Of a stretch of DNA of 64,000 bases, positions 39,904 through 49,584 are shown in pieces (the first letter of the stretch is position 1; each line of letters opens with the position of its first letter). A model generated the notes under the pieces. It was not told the DNA's origin and searched no databases. It saw nothing but the letters and a program-made list of their open reading frames with translations. This stretch comes from a bacterium (GTDB taxonomy: Bacteria > UBA8248 > JACPRG01 > G963555815), in assembly GCA_965218795.1 (NCBI GenBank), contig OZ244653.1, positions 640,001 to 704,000 on the forward strand, read 5' to 3'. The position numbers and the translations under genes are program-made.

Positions 39904-40566
39904 TCATTCTGTGGATTTTCGCTGGAAAATTGTCGACCAGGCGCCGTGGAGATAGCCCGCAACGTCGGTTGCGGTTTCCGTCACCAGTTCCTGCTGTTGA
40001 TTTCGGACGGCGTAGCGCTTCATCATCTCACGGTCCAGCGAAACATGGAATTCTTCATCCCGGCCGATTTTGGTGTAGAGGTCGGCAAGCTCATGGTAGC
40101 CGTATTTTCTGAGCCCTGCGACGAGCGAATCCGTGATGGCCAGGGCCGATCCTTCCGAAACATAAAATCCCGCGAAAGGGGCAAGCTGTTCCTTCTGGGC
40201 GTTGCGCCAAAGTATTTCCCACCACCCCGATTCGGCCTCGGGCACCACGAGCCGGGCAGTCTCCTCCGCGGGCGCGCCCTTTTTCATCCGGTCGATCTGA
40301 CGGCCCAGGTCACGGTAATGCCGGGTCTCGTCCCAGACGAACTTTCCCAGACTGACCAGTAATTTTTTGTCAACGCCCTGACTCTTGATGATCGCCTGTG
40401 AAATCATCTGGGCGGCGCCCAGCTCCCGTGCATTCCGGACCTCGAGCCACTCCAGCATGCTCCGCAGGCTGGGTCTTTCCTTGAAGTATTCCTCGACGCT
40501 GGCGATCGCGATTTCCGAAACGCCGTCCTTCAATCCATCGACTTGTTCCAGAAACGCTTGGTTCAT
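39904..40566 (-). CDS. Ferritin-like di-iron domain protein
   Basis: Paired E...DExxH motifs: ARE, WDETRH, SEG, RDEEFH; GGAGGGG RBS. Confidence 0.75.
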   Translation of the reverse strand: MNQAFLEQVDGLKDGVSEIAIASVEEYFKERPSLRSMLEWLEVRNARELGAAQMISQAIIKSQGVDKKLLVSLGKFVWDETRHYRDLGRQIDRMKKGAPAEETARLVVPEAESGWWEILWRNAQKEQLAPFAGFYVSEGSALAITDSLVAGLRKYGYHELADLYTKIGRDEEFHVSLDREMMKRYAVRNQQQELVTETATDVAGYLHGAWSTIFQRKSTE

Positions 40567-40790
40567 TTTTCCCCCTCCGGGCGCATCGGCTCGCAGAACC
40601 TGACGGCCCAAGTATGCCCTCTCGAACCGGCGGTTTCCAGTCTGCTCCGGACGATCTCGGGTCTACCCGGCGAGGTGTTGACGGCCGTCATGTTGGTTCG
40701 CATATGCCGGTACTATATTCAAAAAGGGGAGGTTTGTGTATTCCCGACGTGTTTTTCGGGACGCATGACCCCTTCGCGGGAGGCGGCGGC

Positions 40791-40875
40791 ATGTACCGAA
40801 TCCGTTTTCATGGCCGCGGTGGACAGGGAATCAAGACGGCCAGCCGGATCCTGGGTACGTATTTTTTCTGGAAGA
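40791..40875 (+). pseudogene. N-terminal fragment of a 2-oxoacid:ferredoxin oxidoreductase gamma subunit
   Basis: GGAGG RBS followed by MYRIRFHGRGGQGIKTASRILGT. Similarity breaks off where the convergent M20 gene ends. Confidence 0.75.
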
Positions 40876-40884
40876 CTTCATCGT

Positions 40885-42153
40885 TCAGCCGTCTTGATTG
40901 CAGATGTCCAGCGCGACCTGGGCGTAAACCTTCGCTGATTTCACCAGATCGTCGATCTGGATGGAATCCAACTCCTTTCCTTCTGCAAACGATTTGGTGT
41001 ACGAGGGGCCGTAAGTGGCTGAGGGGATCCCGACTTCGTTGAACACGTTCATGTCCCGCCACATGCTGGTGATGGGCGTGAAGACGGTTTCGGAAGGTTT
41101 CCCGAAAACCTTCTGATGGGCATTTTCGATGGAATCCGTCAGAGGCTCGTGGCCTTCGGCGATGTACCCCCGCCGCGTCATATAGGGAGATATCTCGACT
41201 TCCACCCCGGTATCGGCAATGACCCGTTTCAATTCGGGCAGGATGTACAACGGGTCCTTGCCGGGGGGGGTCCGCACGTCCAGATAAATGCTGCAACGCC
41301 CGACGGAGTTTCCAATCTTCCAGGGAAGGCCTCCCCGGATGGCCCCCACGCTCACGTTGGGCTTGATCAGGCCCCCGCCGAAGTCCACTTTCTCTTCTTC
41401 GATATACTGGTCCGCCCAGTCTTCCAGGACGTTGATCACCTGGGCCATCTTGACCACGGCGTTGGGACTCTCCGTGCGTTTCGTCGGCCGGGGGATGAAG
41501 GGCGTATAGAAACCCGCGCCCCGGGCGGTGATCTTGAAATAGGCGCACCCGCATTGCGCCCAGGTCTTGGCGAAATTCGTACATTCGGCCACAAGGGCGA
41601 AGTCGGCGATAATTCCGTGATCGACGAGGTGACGGGCCCCGAGTCCCTTGCCCAGGTAACGGCCGCCTTGGAACTCATCAATGGGGGCCGTGCCGATCTC
41701 TCCCACAACGGCGGTGATGTAGAGATCCCCCTTGAGCAGGACCCCGCTGTCCCGGATGGCCCGGGCGGCAAACAGCGTCGCCGAGAGGGGGCCTTTATCG
41801 TTGAAAACCCCCTGCCCAAAGATCTGGTCTCCCTCGCGCCACGCCCGGACGTACTCGGGCAGAAGCTCCCCCGCGCTCCAGATGTCCTGCGGCGCGCCGT
41901 ACTTGGTGTCGATGTGCGCATTGTAAATGAGGGATTTTCCGCCGCCGCTTCCCTTCAAGACAGCGACGATGTTGTTGCGGCCGGGGGCGGCCTCCATCTT
42001 GCGGGGGGAAAACCCGTTCTCTTCCAGCCAATCGAAGAGGACATCGCCCATCTCCGTTTCCAACCCCGTCGGGCTGGCCGTGTTTCCGAATTTCAACGCA
42101 GTTTCCGCCAACTCCTCCCGATCAATCGAGGCCAGGCTTTTCTCAATGTTCAT
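40885..42153 (-). CDS. M20/ArgE-DapE family amidohydrolase
   Basis: Motifs SPTGLE, GGGKSLIYNAHIDT, FGQGVFNDKG, VVGE, DVRTPP and GIPSATYGP. Confidence 0.85.
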   Translation of the reverse strand: MNIEKSLASIDREELAETALKFGNTASPTGLETEMGDVLFDWLEENGFSPRKMEAAPGRNNIVAVLKGSGGGKSLIYNAHIDTKYGAPQDIWSAGELLPEYVRAWREGDQIFGQGVFNDKGPLSATLFAARAIRDSGVLLKGDLYITAVVGEIGTAPIDEFQGGRYLGKGLGARHLVDHGIIADFALVAECTNFAKTWAQCGCAYFKITARGAGFYTPFIPRPTKRTESPNAVVKMAQVINVLEDWADQYIEEEKVDFGGGLIKPNVSVGAIRGGLPWKIGNSVGRCSIYLDVRTPPGKDPLYILPELKRVIADTGVEVEISPYMTRRGYIAEGHEPLTDSIENAHQKVFGKPSETVFTPITSMWRDMNVFNEVGIPSATYGPSYTKSFAEGKELDSIQIDDLVKSAKVYAQVALDICNQDG

Positions 42154-42235
42154 CGCACCGGTTCTCCTGATGATTTTATGCGGCTCTCGGGACTTCTTCG
42201 AGTTCATGACGGAGCCGGTCGAACGCCCGCTCCGA

Positions 42236-44581
42236 TTATGCGGATTCCTTGCCGTCGGCCTCCTGAATGATGGCGTGAACCCTGGACGGCGGGAGCAGCG
42301 AATCATTCACCGTCACGCCCAGAGGTTTCAGGGCGTCCTCGATGGCTGATGCGACGGCCGGCAACGCGCCAATCGTCCCTCCCTCGCCACAGCCCTTCAG
42401 CCCCAGCGGGTTCGTGGGGCAGGGACTCTCCAGATGGACCGTCTCGATGGGTGGAATATCCGTGGACAGCGGAAGCAGGTAGTCCAAAAAGGTCGAGGCC
42501 TGGGGCGTGCCGTTTTCGTCGAAGGCGAGCTCCTCGATCAAGGCGTCCCCGATGCCGTGCGCCACCCCGCCTTGCACCTGTCCGTCCACCATCATCGGAT
42601 TGACCATGCGCCCGCAGTCATGCCCTGCGACGTAGTTCAAGAGTTTCACGAAGCCGGTATCCGGATCGACCTCGACAACGGCAACGTGGGCTCCGTAGGC
42701 GTAGGCCGGCACGTCGGGCTTGAAGTATTCCTCCGCGTCCAGACCCGGCTGCGTTCCCTTGGGAAGGGGAGGACCGCCCGCGCCCATGACGGAATACCCG
42801 GCAATCTCTCCCAGCGTGACCGAGCGGTCGGGAGCGCCCTTGACGAATATCTTCCCTTCCCCGATCGTCAGATCCTTCTCATCGGCTTCCAGCTTCGCGG
42901 CGGCGAGCGCAAAGGCCTTTTGCCTGATGGTCTGGGCCGCCATGACGATGGCGTTCGACGCGTTCACGGTGCTTCGGCTCCCGAAGGTGCCGATCCCGTA
43001 CGTGATATGGTTTGTGTCGCCCGTGATGACCCGGACGGCCTCGGGGGAGACGCCCATTGCATCCGCCGCGACCTGCGCAAAGGTCGAGACGTGCCCCTGT
43101 CCCTGCGGGGTCGAGCCCGTCGCGACCACCACGGTGCCGTTGGGTTCCACGTGCATTCTTGCGCCTTCAAACGGTCCACCGCCCGTCATCTCGATGTTGC
43201 AGGCCACTCCGATGCCGAGGAGCTTTCCGTCCGGACGCCGCCGCTCCTGTTTGCGCAACGAATCGTAACCCGCTTTCTCCAGGGTGATCTTGAGCAGTTC
43301 GGGGTAGTTTCCACTCTCGTAGGTCATCGGTCCCGCCCAGGTGGGCAGTCCGACGACATACGGCATGTCTTCCGGCTGGATGAAATTCCTGAAGCGCACT
43401 TCGGCCCCATCCAGACCCAACGCGCCGGCGATGCGGTCCATCGCCCGCTCGATGATGAACGCTCCCTGGGGTCGGCTGGCGCCGCGAACCGGCCCGCAGG
43501 GGACCCGGTGCGTATAGACCTGATCCAGTATGCCCTCGTAATTGCGGAGCTTGTACAGGCCGACGCTGTGGCTCAAGACGTTCAGGGAATTCAGCGGGCC
43601 GTAAATGGCATAGGCTCCGGTATCAAGGGTGGTGTGGACCTTCATGGCCAGGATGCGGCCATCGTCGTCAAATCCAACGGTGACCTTGTGGATCCCTTCG
43701 CGTTCCTGGATCGTGGCCTGAATGAATTCCATTCGATCGCCTGTCCACCGGACCGGATGCTCCATCTTCACGGCCAGCCAGGGAATCACCAGGTCCTCGG
43801 GATAGAAGCTGCCCTTCGGTCCGAACCCTCCGCCCACGTCAGGAGAGATGACCTCGACCGTTTCTTCCGGGCGGCCGAGGATCGCGGCGATTCTCTGCCG
43901 AGTGGGGTGGGGGGCTTGAGAGGAGATGTAGACGCGGAGCCGGTCGAACTGAGAGTCGTATTGCGCCAGGATCGCTCGGCATTCCATGGCTCCCGCTGCG
44001 CCGCGCTGGGTCCGCAGCTCGAACTCTTCCACATGGGGAGCGCTGGCAAGGGCTTCATCCGGATCGCCGATGCGCGTTTCCAGGTGTGCGGCTAGATTGT
44101 CGCCCAATTCGTCCTGCACCAGCGGCGCATCCGGTTTCAGGGCGTCGACCGGGTGGCAGGCGGCCGGGAGCACTTCATATTCGACAACCGCCGCATCGAG
44201 GGCGTCTTCGGCTTCGGCTCGGGTGGGCGCAACGACGACCGCGACCGGCTCGCCGTAAAAGCGCGTCTTCTCCTTCGCCAGCGGGGCCCAATTGGTGCCC
44301 CGGAGGGCGGGATGGGGCATCTGAATGGGGAAATCCGCCCCCGCGGGACCCATGTCCGCGTTTTGGCAGGCCGCGACGGCCCCAGCTTCCATGCAGCCGG
44401 AGAGGTCGATCTTCCGGATGCGGGCGTGGGCGTAAGGGGACCGCAGGAAGGCCGCGTGGAGGCAATCCGGACAGGGGATGTCATCCACGTAACGGCCCCC
44501 GCCGGTCAAGAGCCGCTGGTCCTCCGTTCTCGGCGCTCTCGCGCCGAAGAATTTCGGATTTTTCATGAATTCAATGTTCAT
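42236..44581 (-). CDS. Xanthine dehydrogenase family Mo-binding large subunit (CoxL-like)
   Basis: Motifs EDQRLLTG.GRYVDD, DVGGGFGPK, QGQGH, GTFGSRS, GQVQGGVAHG and GLKGCGEGG; RBS before ATG 44581. Confidence 0.92.
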   Translation of the reverse strand: MNIEFMKNPKFFGARAPRTEDQRLLTGGGRYVDDIPCPDCLHAAFLRSPYAHARIRKIDLSGCMEAGAVAACQNADMGPAGADFPIQMPHPALRGTNWAPLAKEKTRFYGEPVAVVVAPTRAEAEDALDAAVVEYEVLPAACHPVDALKPDAPLVQDELGDNLAAHLETRIGDPDEALASAPHVEEFELRTQRGAAGAMECRAILAQYDSQFDRLRVYISSQAPHPTRQRIAAILGRPEETVEVISPDVGGGFGPKGSFYPEDLVIPWLAVKMEHPVRWTGDRMEFIQATIQEREGIHKVTVGFDDDGRILAMKVHTTLDTGAYAIYGPLNSLNVLSHSVGLYKLRNYEGILDQVYTHRVPCGPVRGASRPQGAFIIERAMDRIAGALGLDGAEVRFRNFIQPEDMPYVVGLPTWAGPMTYESGNYPELLKITLEKAGYDSLRKQERRRPDGKLLGIGVACNIEMTGGGPFEGARMHVEPNGTVVVATGSTPQGQGHVSTFAQVAADAMGVSPEAVRVITGDTNHITYGIGTFGSRSTVNASNAIVMAAQTIRQKAFALAAAKLEADEKDLTIGEGKIFVKGAPDRSVTLGEIAGYSVMGAGGPPLPKGTQPGLDAEEYFKPDVPAYAYGAHVAVVEVDPDTGFVKLLNYVAGHDCGRMVNPMMVDGQVQGGVAHGIGDALIEELAFDENGTPQASTFLDYLLPLSTDIPPIETVHLESPCPTNPLGLKGCGEGGTIGALPAVASAIEDALKPLGVTVNDSLLPPSRVHAIIQEADGKESA

Positions 44582-44709
44582 GGCTGATCCTTCGTGAATT
44601 CCGGAAATGGGCATGTCTCTGTGTATGCCCATTGCAGAAAGACGCCTCTCGGACGGAACGCTTTGAATACAGGCGTGCGGGTTGCTTTTGCTCTCCTGAA
44701 TCAGTCTTG

Positions 44710-44873
44710 GTGCGAGCGTGGGCATAGGGGGAGCGAAGGAATGCGGCGTGGAGGGCGTCCCGGTCCGGGAGATCATCCACGTACCGGCCGTTTCCTGTCA
44801 GGAGTCTCTGATCCTCGACTCTCGTGACGCGGGCCCCGAAGAACCGGGGGTTCCAGTGCAGGTCCGAACTCAT
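44710..44873 (-). pseudogene. Truncated first copy of a CoxL-like large subunit
   Basis: MSSDLHWNPRFFGARVTRVEDQRLLTGNGRYVDDLPDRDALHAAFLRSPYAHAR followed by unrelated sequence. The start overlaps the coxS stop. Confidence 0.85.
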
Positions 44874-45382
44874 GATGGGGGACCCACCGGGTCATGCATT
44901 TCCCGCGCCGCAGTCTCCACCGCGTCTACGATGTGCTGATAGCCCGTGCAACGGCAGACGTTCCCCGACAGCAGGTGACGAATCTCCTCTCGGCTCCACG
45001 TACGCGGCGCGGACAGCGCAGACTTCAGCGTCATCAAAAAACCCGGCGTGCAAAACCCGCACTGAAGCGCATGGTGCGTCCGAAACGCCTCCTGGATCGG
45101 GTGAAGCGGACCCTCCGGAGGCGCCAGTCCCTCCACCGTCTCCACCGAACGGCCCGAAGCCTGCGCCGCCAGCATCAGGCACGAACGCACCGCCTCCCCC
45201 TCCAGCAAAACCGTGCAAGCGCCGCACACCCCCTGCTCGCAACCCACGTGCGTACCCGTCAGACGAAGGTCCTCCCGCAAAAAGTCCGCTAGGCTCTTGC
45301 GGGCCTCCACCTCACCGCTACGGGACTCCCCGTTCACCTCCAACTCCACGCGCAAACGGCCCTGTGGCTCCAAAACGCTCAT
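44870..45382 (-). CDS. (2Fe-2S)-binding small subunit (CoxS-like)
   Basis: Motifs GCEQGVCGACTV, QCGFCTPG and GNVCRCTGY. Confidence 0.95.
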   Translation of the reverse strand: MSVLEPQGRLRVELEVNGESRSGEVEARKSLADFLREDLRLTGTHVGCEQGVCGACTVLLEGEAVRSCLMLAAQASGRSVETVEGLAPPEGPLHPIQEAFRTHHALQCGFCTPGFLMTLKSALSAPRTWSREEIRHLLSGNVCRCTGYQHIVDAVETAAREMHDPVGPPS

Positions 45383-46246
45383 CTACCCGACCCCCTCCGA
45401 CACCGACGCCAGCGCCCGACCCACCAACACCCCGCACAAGTGACGACGGTAATCCGATGAACCGTGAAAGTCCGACAGCGGCTCCACCTCTCCCTTCACC
45501 GCCTCGGACACCCCTGACAACAACTCCGCATCCAGCACCGCCCCCGACAACAGGCCCTCCGCCCCACGCGCACGCGTCGGTATCCCCCCCACGCCCGTCA
45601 GCGCGATCCGGCCCTCCGCGCAACCGCCCCCCTCCATCCGAACCGCCACCGCCGCCCCCACCAGCGCAAAGTCTCCCACACGACGCGAAAACTCCAAAAA
45701 CGACGTCCGCCAATCCGACCCCAATACCGGAAAACGCACCGACGTCAACAACTCATCCTCGCCCAGGGCGGTGGACAGATATGAGGTGAAAAACGCTCCC
45801 GGACCCAGCGTCCGCTCTCCCGAAGGACCCCGAACGACCAACTCCGCATCCAGCGCCGCTGCCACCGCAGGCAACTCGGAGGCCGGGTGATTGTGGACCA
45901 CGCTCCCCCCCAGCGTCCCTCGGTTCCGAATCGCCGCATGGCCGATCTGAGGAACCGCCTGGGACAGCAACGGCACCTGCGAGGCGACCAACGGCGAATG
46001 CTCCACCGACGAGTGCCGCGTCATCGCTCCAATGCGCACCGTGCCGTTCGCCTCCTCAATCCCCGACAACTCCGCCACCCGGTTCAGATCCACCACCACC
46101 GAGGGACGGTGAAGGCGCATCCCCAGCATCGGAAGCAGGCTCTGACCCCCTGCCAGCAGCTTGCAATCCTCACCGTAACGGCCCAACAACTCCATGACCT
46201 CTGAAACCGTCTCCGGTGATACGTACGAAAATGCGGCTGGCTTCAT
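45383..46246 (-). CDS. FAD-binding medium subunit (CoxM-like)
   Basis: Motifs MKPAAFSY, LAGGQSL, IRNRGTLGGS, RRVGDFA and SDFHGSSDYR. Confidence 0.95.
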   Translation of the reverse strand: MKPAAFSYVSPETVSEVMELLGRYGEDCKLLAGGQSLLPMLGMRLHRPSVVVDLNRVAELSGIEEANGTVRIGAMTRHSSVEHSPLVASQVPLLSQAVPQIGHAAIRNRGTLGGSVVHNHPASELPAVAAALDAELVVRGPSGERTLGPGAFFTSYLSTALGEDELLTSVRFPVLGSDWRTSFLEFSRRVGDFALVGAAVAVRMEGGGCAEGRIALTGVGGIPTRARGAEGLLSGAVLDAELLSGVSEAVKGEVEPLSDFHGSSDYRRHLCGVLVGRALASVSEGVG

Positions 46247-46462
46247 GTCCGCTCTACCCTCTCTTTTCTCTCAAAATCCATCGCGGCGATTTGTACCGAA
46301 CTCCCCTCTGGATTCGGACTCATCGAAAACCGCGCAAAGGAACCGTTTCAAACGAAAGAGCGCATGGAAGACTCCTGCACTGGAATTTACGGTTCTGATT
46401 GAAAAGCTTGGGGACGCCCAGGAAGCTATTTTGGCACAACCGGGGCTCATCGTCCATCCGGT

Positions 46463-47269
46463 TCAGGAGGTCTCGGGTGACGGGACAGGCCCTGGAGGAG
46501 ACGGTCTGTTGAATTCCGGGAGGCAAGCCGCCGCACCATTGTCCATCAGCCAAAGAAGCCTTCCATTGGGAGGCGAGATGATCTGGGAGGGATAGACCTC
46601 GGGGTGAAATTCACCGTGAAGAACGGATTGGAGGGCAGCGGCCTTCTCCTCGCCTGCAAGCAGGAAGATGATGCAGGCGGCATTGTTGAGAACGGGGGGC
46701 GTCACGGTGATCCGGCAGGCTTCTGATTTTTCGATCCACACTGGGGCGACCATTCGATGCGCTTCGAATACGACATCGGTACCGGGAAAGAGGGAGGCCG
46801 TATGTCCGTCCGCCCCCATGCCCAGGAGGACAAGATCGAATCGTGGAAATCCTCCCCCTTCCACCCGAAAGAAAGATTTCAGATGCGTCTCATATTCGGA
46901 CGCGGCCGTCCCGGCTTCGGCCTCCTCTCCGCGAACCCGATGAATGTTCTCCTCGGGCACAGGGGCCTGGAAGAGCATCGCCTCCGCGGCCATGCGGTAA
47001 TTGCTGTCTTTGTGCTCGGGCGGAACATGGCGTTCGTCTCCCCAGAAAAAGTGAGTCTTTTCCCACGGGATTTGCTCCCGAAACGTCTGAGTGGGGTCCG
47101 ACAGAATCTCGTAGAGCCCCTTTGGCGTCGACCCGCCGGAGAGGGCCACCGTGAATCGCCCGTACCGATGGACGGCCGATTGGGCGAGTTCGACAAATTC
47201 CCCGGCTGCGCGTCGGATCATGGCCGCCGCATCCTCGAAAACCTCGAATACAGGCACTTCAGGATTCAC
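46463..47269 (-). CDS. pgl: 6-phosphogluconolactonase
   Basis: Motifs ALSGGSTP, WGDERHVP..SNY and LGMGADGHTASLFPG. Confidence 0.95.
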   Translation of the reverse strand: MNPEVPVFEVFEDAAAMIRRAAGEFVELAQSAVHRYGRFTVALSGGSTPKGLYEILSDPTQTFREQIPWEKTHFFWGDERHVPPEHKDSNYRMAAEAMLFQAPVPEENIHRVRGEEAEAGTAASEYETHLKSFFRVEGGGFPRFDLVLLGMGADGHTASLFPGTDVVFEAHRMVAPVWIEKSEACRITVTPPVLNNAACIIFLLAGEEKAAALQSVLHGEFHPEVYPSQIISPPNGRLLWLMDNGAAACLPEFNRPSPPGPVPSPETS

Positions 47270-47421
47270 GGAAAAGACTCGTAGGGGGTTAAGAAGTGTT
47301 GGTCCAGGAATCCACTCCCCGACACGGCGCGCAGCTTCGGAACGTCATTATAGGAACCACGGGGAACAACGCAATGCCGTGGGGGCTGCCGGTCGCCCCC
47401 GCAGGCAGCAGGCGGGGCCTA

Positions 47422-47670
47422 TGGATTCCCGCTTCCGCGGGAATGACAGGCCAGGGGGGCAAAGGAAAGGTGGCCGCCGACCTCCATCCGCCGAGTCGAG
47501 CGCGAGCGCTTCGCTCGGAGCGTCATTTCAGGAAACACCGGCGCGCCAACCAGCGGCTTCTGGTTCTCAACACCCCACCTGGATTCCTGCGCAGGCAGGA
47601 ATCCATTCAGGGCGTTATTTTCGGAAACATCGGCGGGCCATCAGAGAGCGGCTTGTGGTTCTGGGTCCTT
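47422..47670. repeat. Cluster of REP-like palindromes (left flank of the autotransporter)
   Basis: TGGATTCCCGCTTCCGCGGGAATGAC at 47422-47447 and TGGATTCCTGCGCAGGCAGGAATCCA at 47580-47605. Confidence 0.8.
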
Positions 47671-49410
47671 GACAACTCATGGGGCGGAGGAACCCGCCCT
47701 TGGTCGGGTGTCCAGGCGGGGAAGCCGTCCGTTCCATCCGTTCGCTGAAGCCCTAGAACCGGATGCCGACATTGAGGAGGCCGGCGTATTCCCGATCCTT
47801 CGTGCCCAGGCCGCCCGCCGTCGCCTCGCCGCTGAGCGAGAACCGGCCCCAGCGCCAGACCCCGCCCAGGCCCAGCAGAGCCCGGGTTGTCCTGGTTCCC
47901 GACCCGAGCCGCTCTCCCGATACCTCAACGGCCGTTACCCCGCCCCTGAGCGTCTGCTCCACGTCCACCGAACCCCGAAGGGAGAACGCCCCGCCGTCCC
48001 AGACGCGACCGGTCTCCGCCACCAAACCGCCCCCGCCCTTGAGACGCTTCGCCTCGGTGAGCCTGACCCGCGCGCCCACCGCGTCCGTGAACTTGTCCAA
48101 GGAAATCCCGGAGCGGCTCGCCCACACCCGAGGCGTCAGGCTCATTCTCTCGCCCAGCGCGATGCGCCGACCCGTCTCCAGGCTCAGGGAGTGACCGACC
48201 GCGCCGACGCCCCTCTCCAGCCGGCCCCGCCTGTCCGAAGAAAGGTCCAACTTGTAGCCGGTCACCGAGAGGCGGCCATCGACATACCAGCCGCTCGCGC
48301 CGCCCCAGGACACGCCCAATCCCGCGCCGAAGCCCTTCGCGTCGATATCCCCGCCCCCGGTCGGCGAGGAAACCTCCGCCGAAGCCTGAACATGCCGCAC
48401 CGAAACCGTGCCGGTGAGATTCCCGCCCAGGAAGATGTCCGCCCCGGTTTCCGCCGCGAGGCGCTCGAAGTCGTACGCCGCGCCCGCGGTCGAGCGGTCG
48501 GAATCATGCGTCCCCCCCCCGCCCGAAAGCCTCACCCACACCGGCGAGTCCGGAGACCGCAGACGCTCCCCGGCCGGACCCTGGCCGTTCAGCCGAAGCA
48601 GGAATCCGGGAAGCCCCTCGTACACGGCCGAGCGCGGCGCGTACCCCTTCGATGAAGTCCTCGACGGAGAAGCTCCTGCCGAGGATGGTGTTCCCGGCCC
48701 TCTGACTGACGACCAATACGCCCGTCGAGCGGTCGACGGTGACGCCCTCGGCCTGGATGGTGACGTCCCTGGCCCCGTTCGGGACCACGCGGCCGGTGGC
48801 GCCGTTCGCGTCGTGCAGCGTCACGCCGTCAACCACGATGGTGGTCACGCCCCCGTCGTTCACGATCCAGTCGTCGCCGAAGACAGCCGCCACCCGGCGG
48901 TCGTCGAGATCCATCGAGACGTGGAGCTTGGGTTTGAGCGGATCTTCACCGGGGACGGGCGTGTCTCCCGTGGCGAGAATCGCGATGCCGGAAGCCGCGC
49001 CGACGCTTCCCTGCGGCCCGATCATCACTCGGCCCCCGCCGGCGAGATAAACCCCCGCCCCCTCGCCGGTTCCGCCGAACACCCGGCCGTTCACCACGAC
49101 GGTCTGCCTGCGGTAGCCGTCCGCGCCCAGACCCGCGGCGCGCTCCACCGCGCCCGTATCCGCGTTGAGGCGGCCGATCCGGACGCCGCTCGCGCCCGCC
49201 CCGTCGGCGCGGACCGTCGTTCCCTCGCCGACGATGATCTCAGTCTCCCCCATGCCGGACACATGCTCGGCATAGATACCGTGGGCATTAGCGCCCATCA
49301 TCGAGATGGCGGCCTCCATCGTTTCGATGCGGATGTCGCCTTCGGAGCCTTGATGAAGGCCATAGACGCCGTGGGAAGTATCACCCTCCGTCTCGATGAT
49401 TCCGCCCTGA

Positions 49411-49584
49411 ACGTCGATATCGATGGCGCCCGTGCCTGTATGCAGGCCATAGACGCCGTAGGAATTCACCCCCCTCGTCGTGATACGGCCGCCCTGAACG
49501 TCGATGTCGATGGCGCCCGTGCCTGTATGCAGGCCATAGACGCCGTAGGAATTCACCCCCCTCGTCGTGATACGGCCGCCCCGA
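49411..49584. repeat. Two near-identical 87-bp tandem repeats in the autotransporter passenger
   Basis: The 29-aa unit IDIDVQGGRITTRGVNSYGVYGLHTGTGA is duplicated. More diverged copies extend to about 50230. Confidence 0.85.

Noticed and set aside
42434-44095. Long antisense ORFs (also 8675-9976, 48408-49862, 54718-56199, 56254-57882)
   Set aside because: They are shadows of real genes in GC-rich DNA and have no motifs.
44824-45789. 321-aa proline-rich ORF on the plus strand
   Set aside because: It is the antisense shadow of the G-rich coxS and coxM coding strand.
42236-46246. Aerobic CO dehydrogenase
   Set aside because: The large subunit lacks the Cu-binding VAYRCSFR motif and no coxDEFG genes are present.
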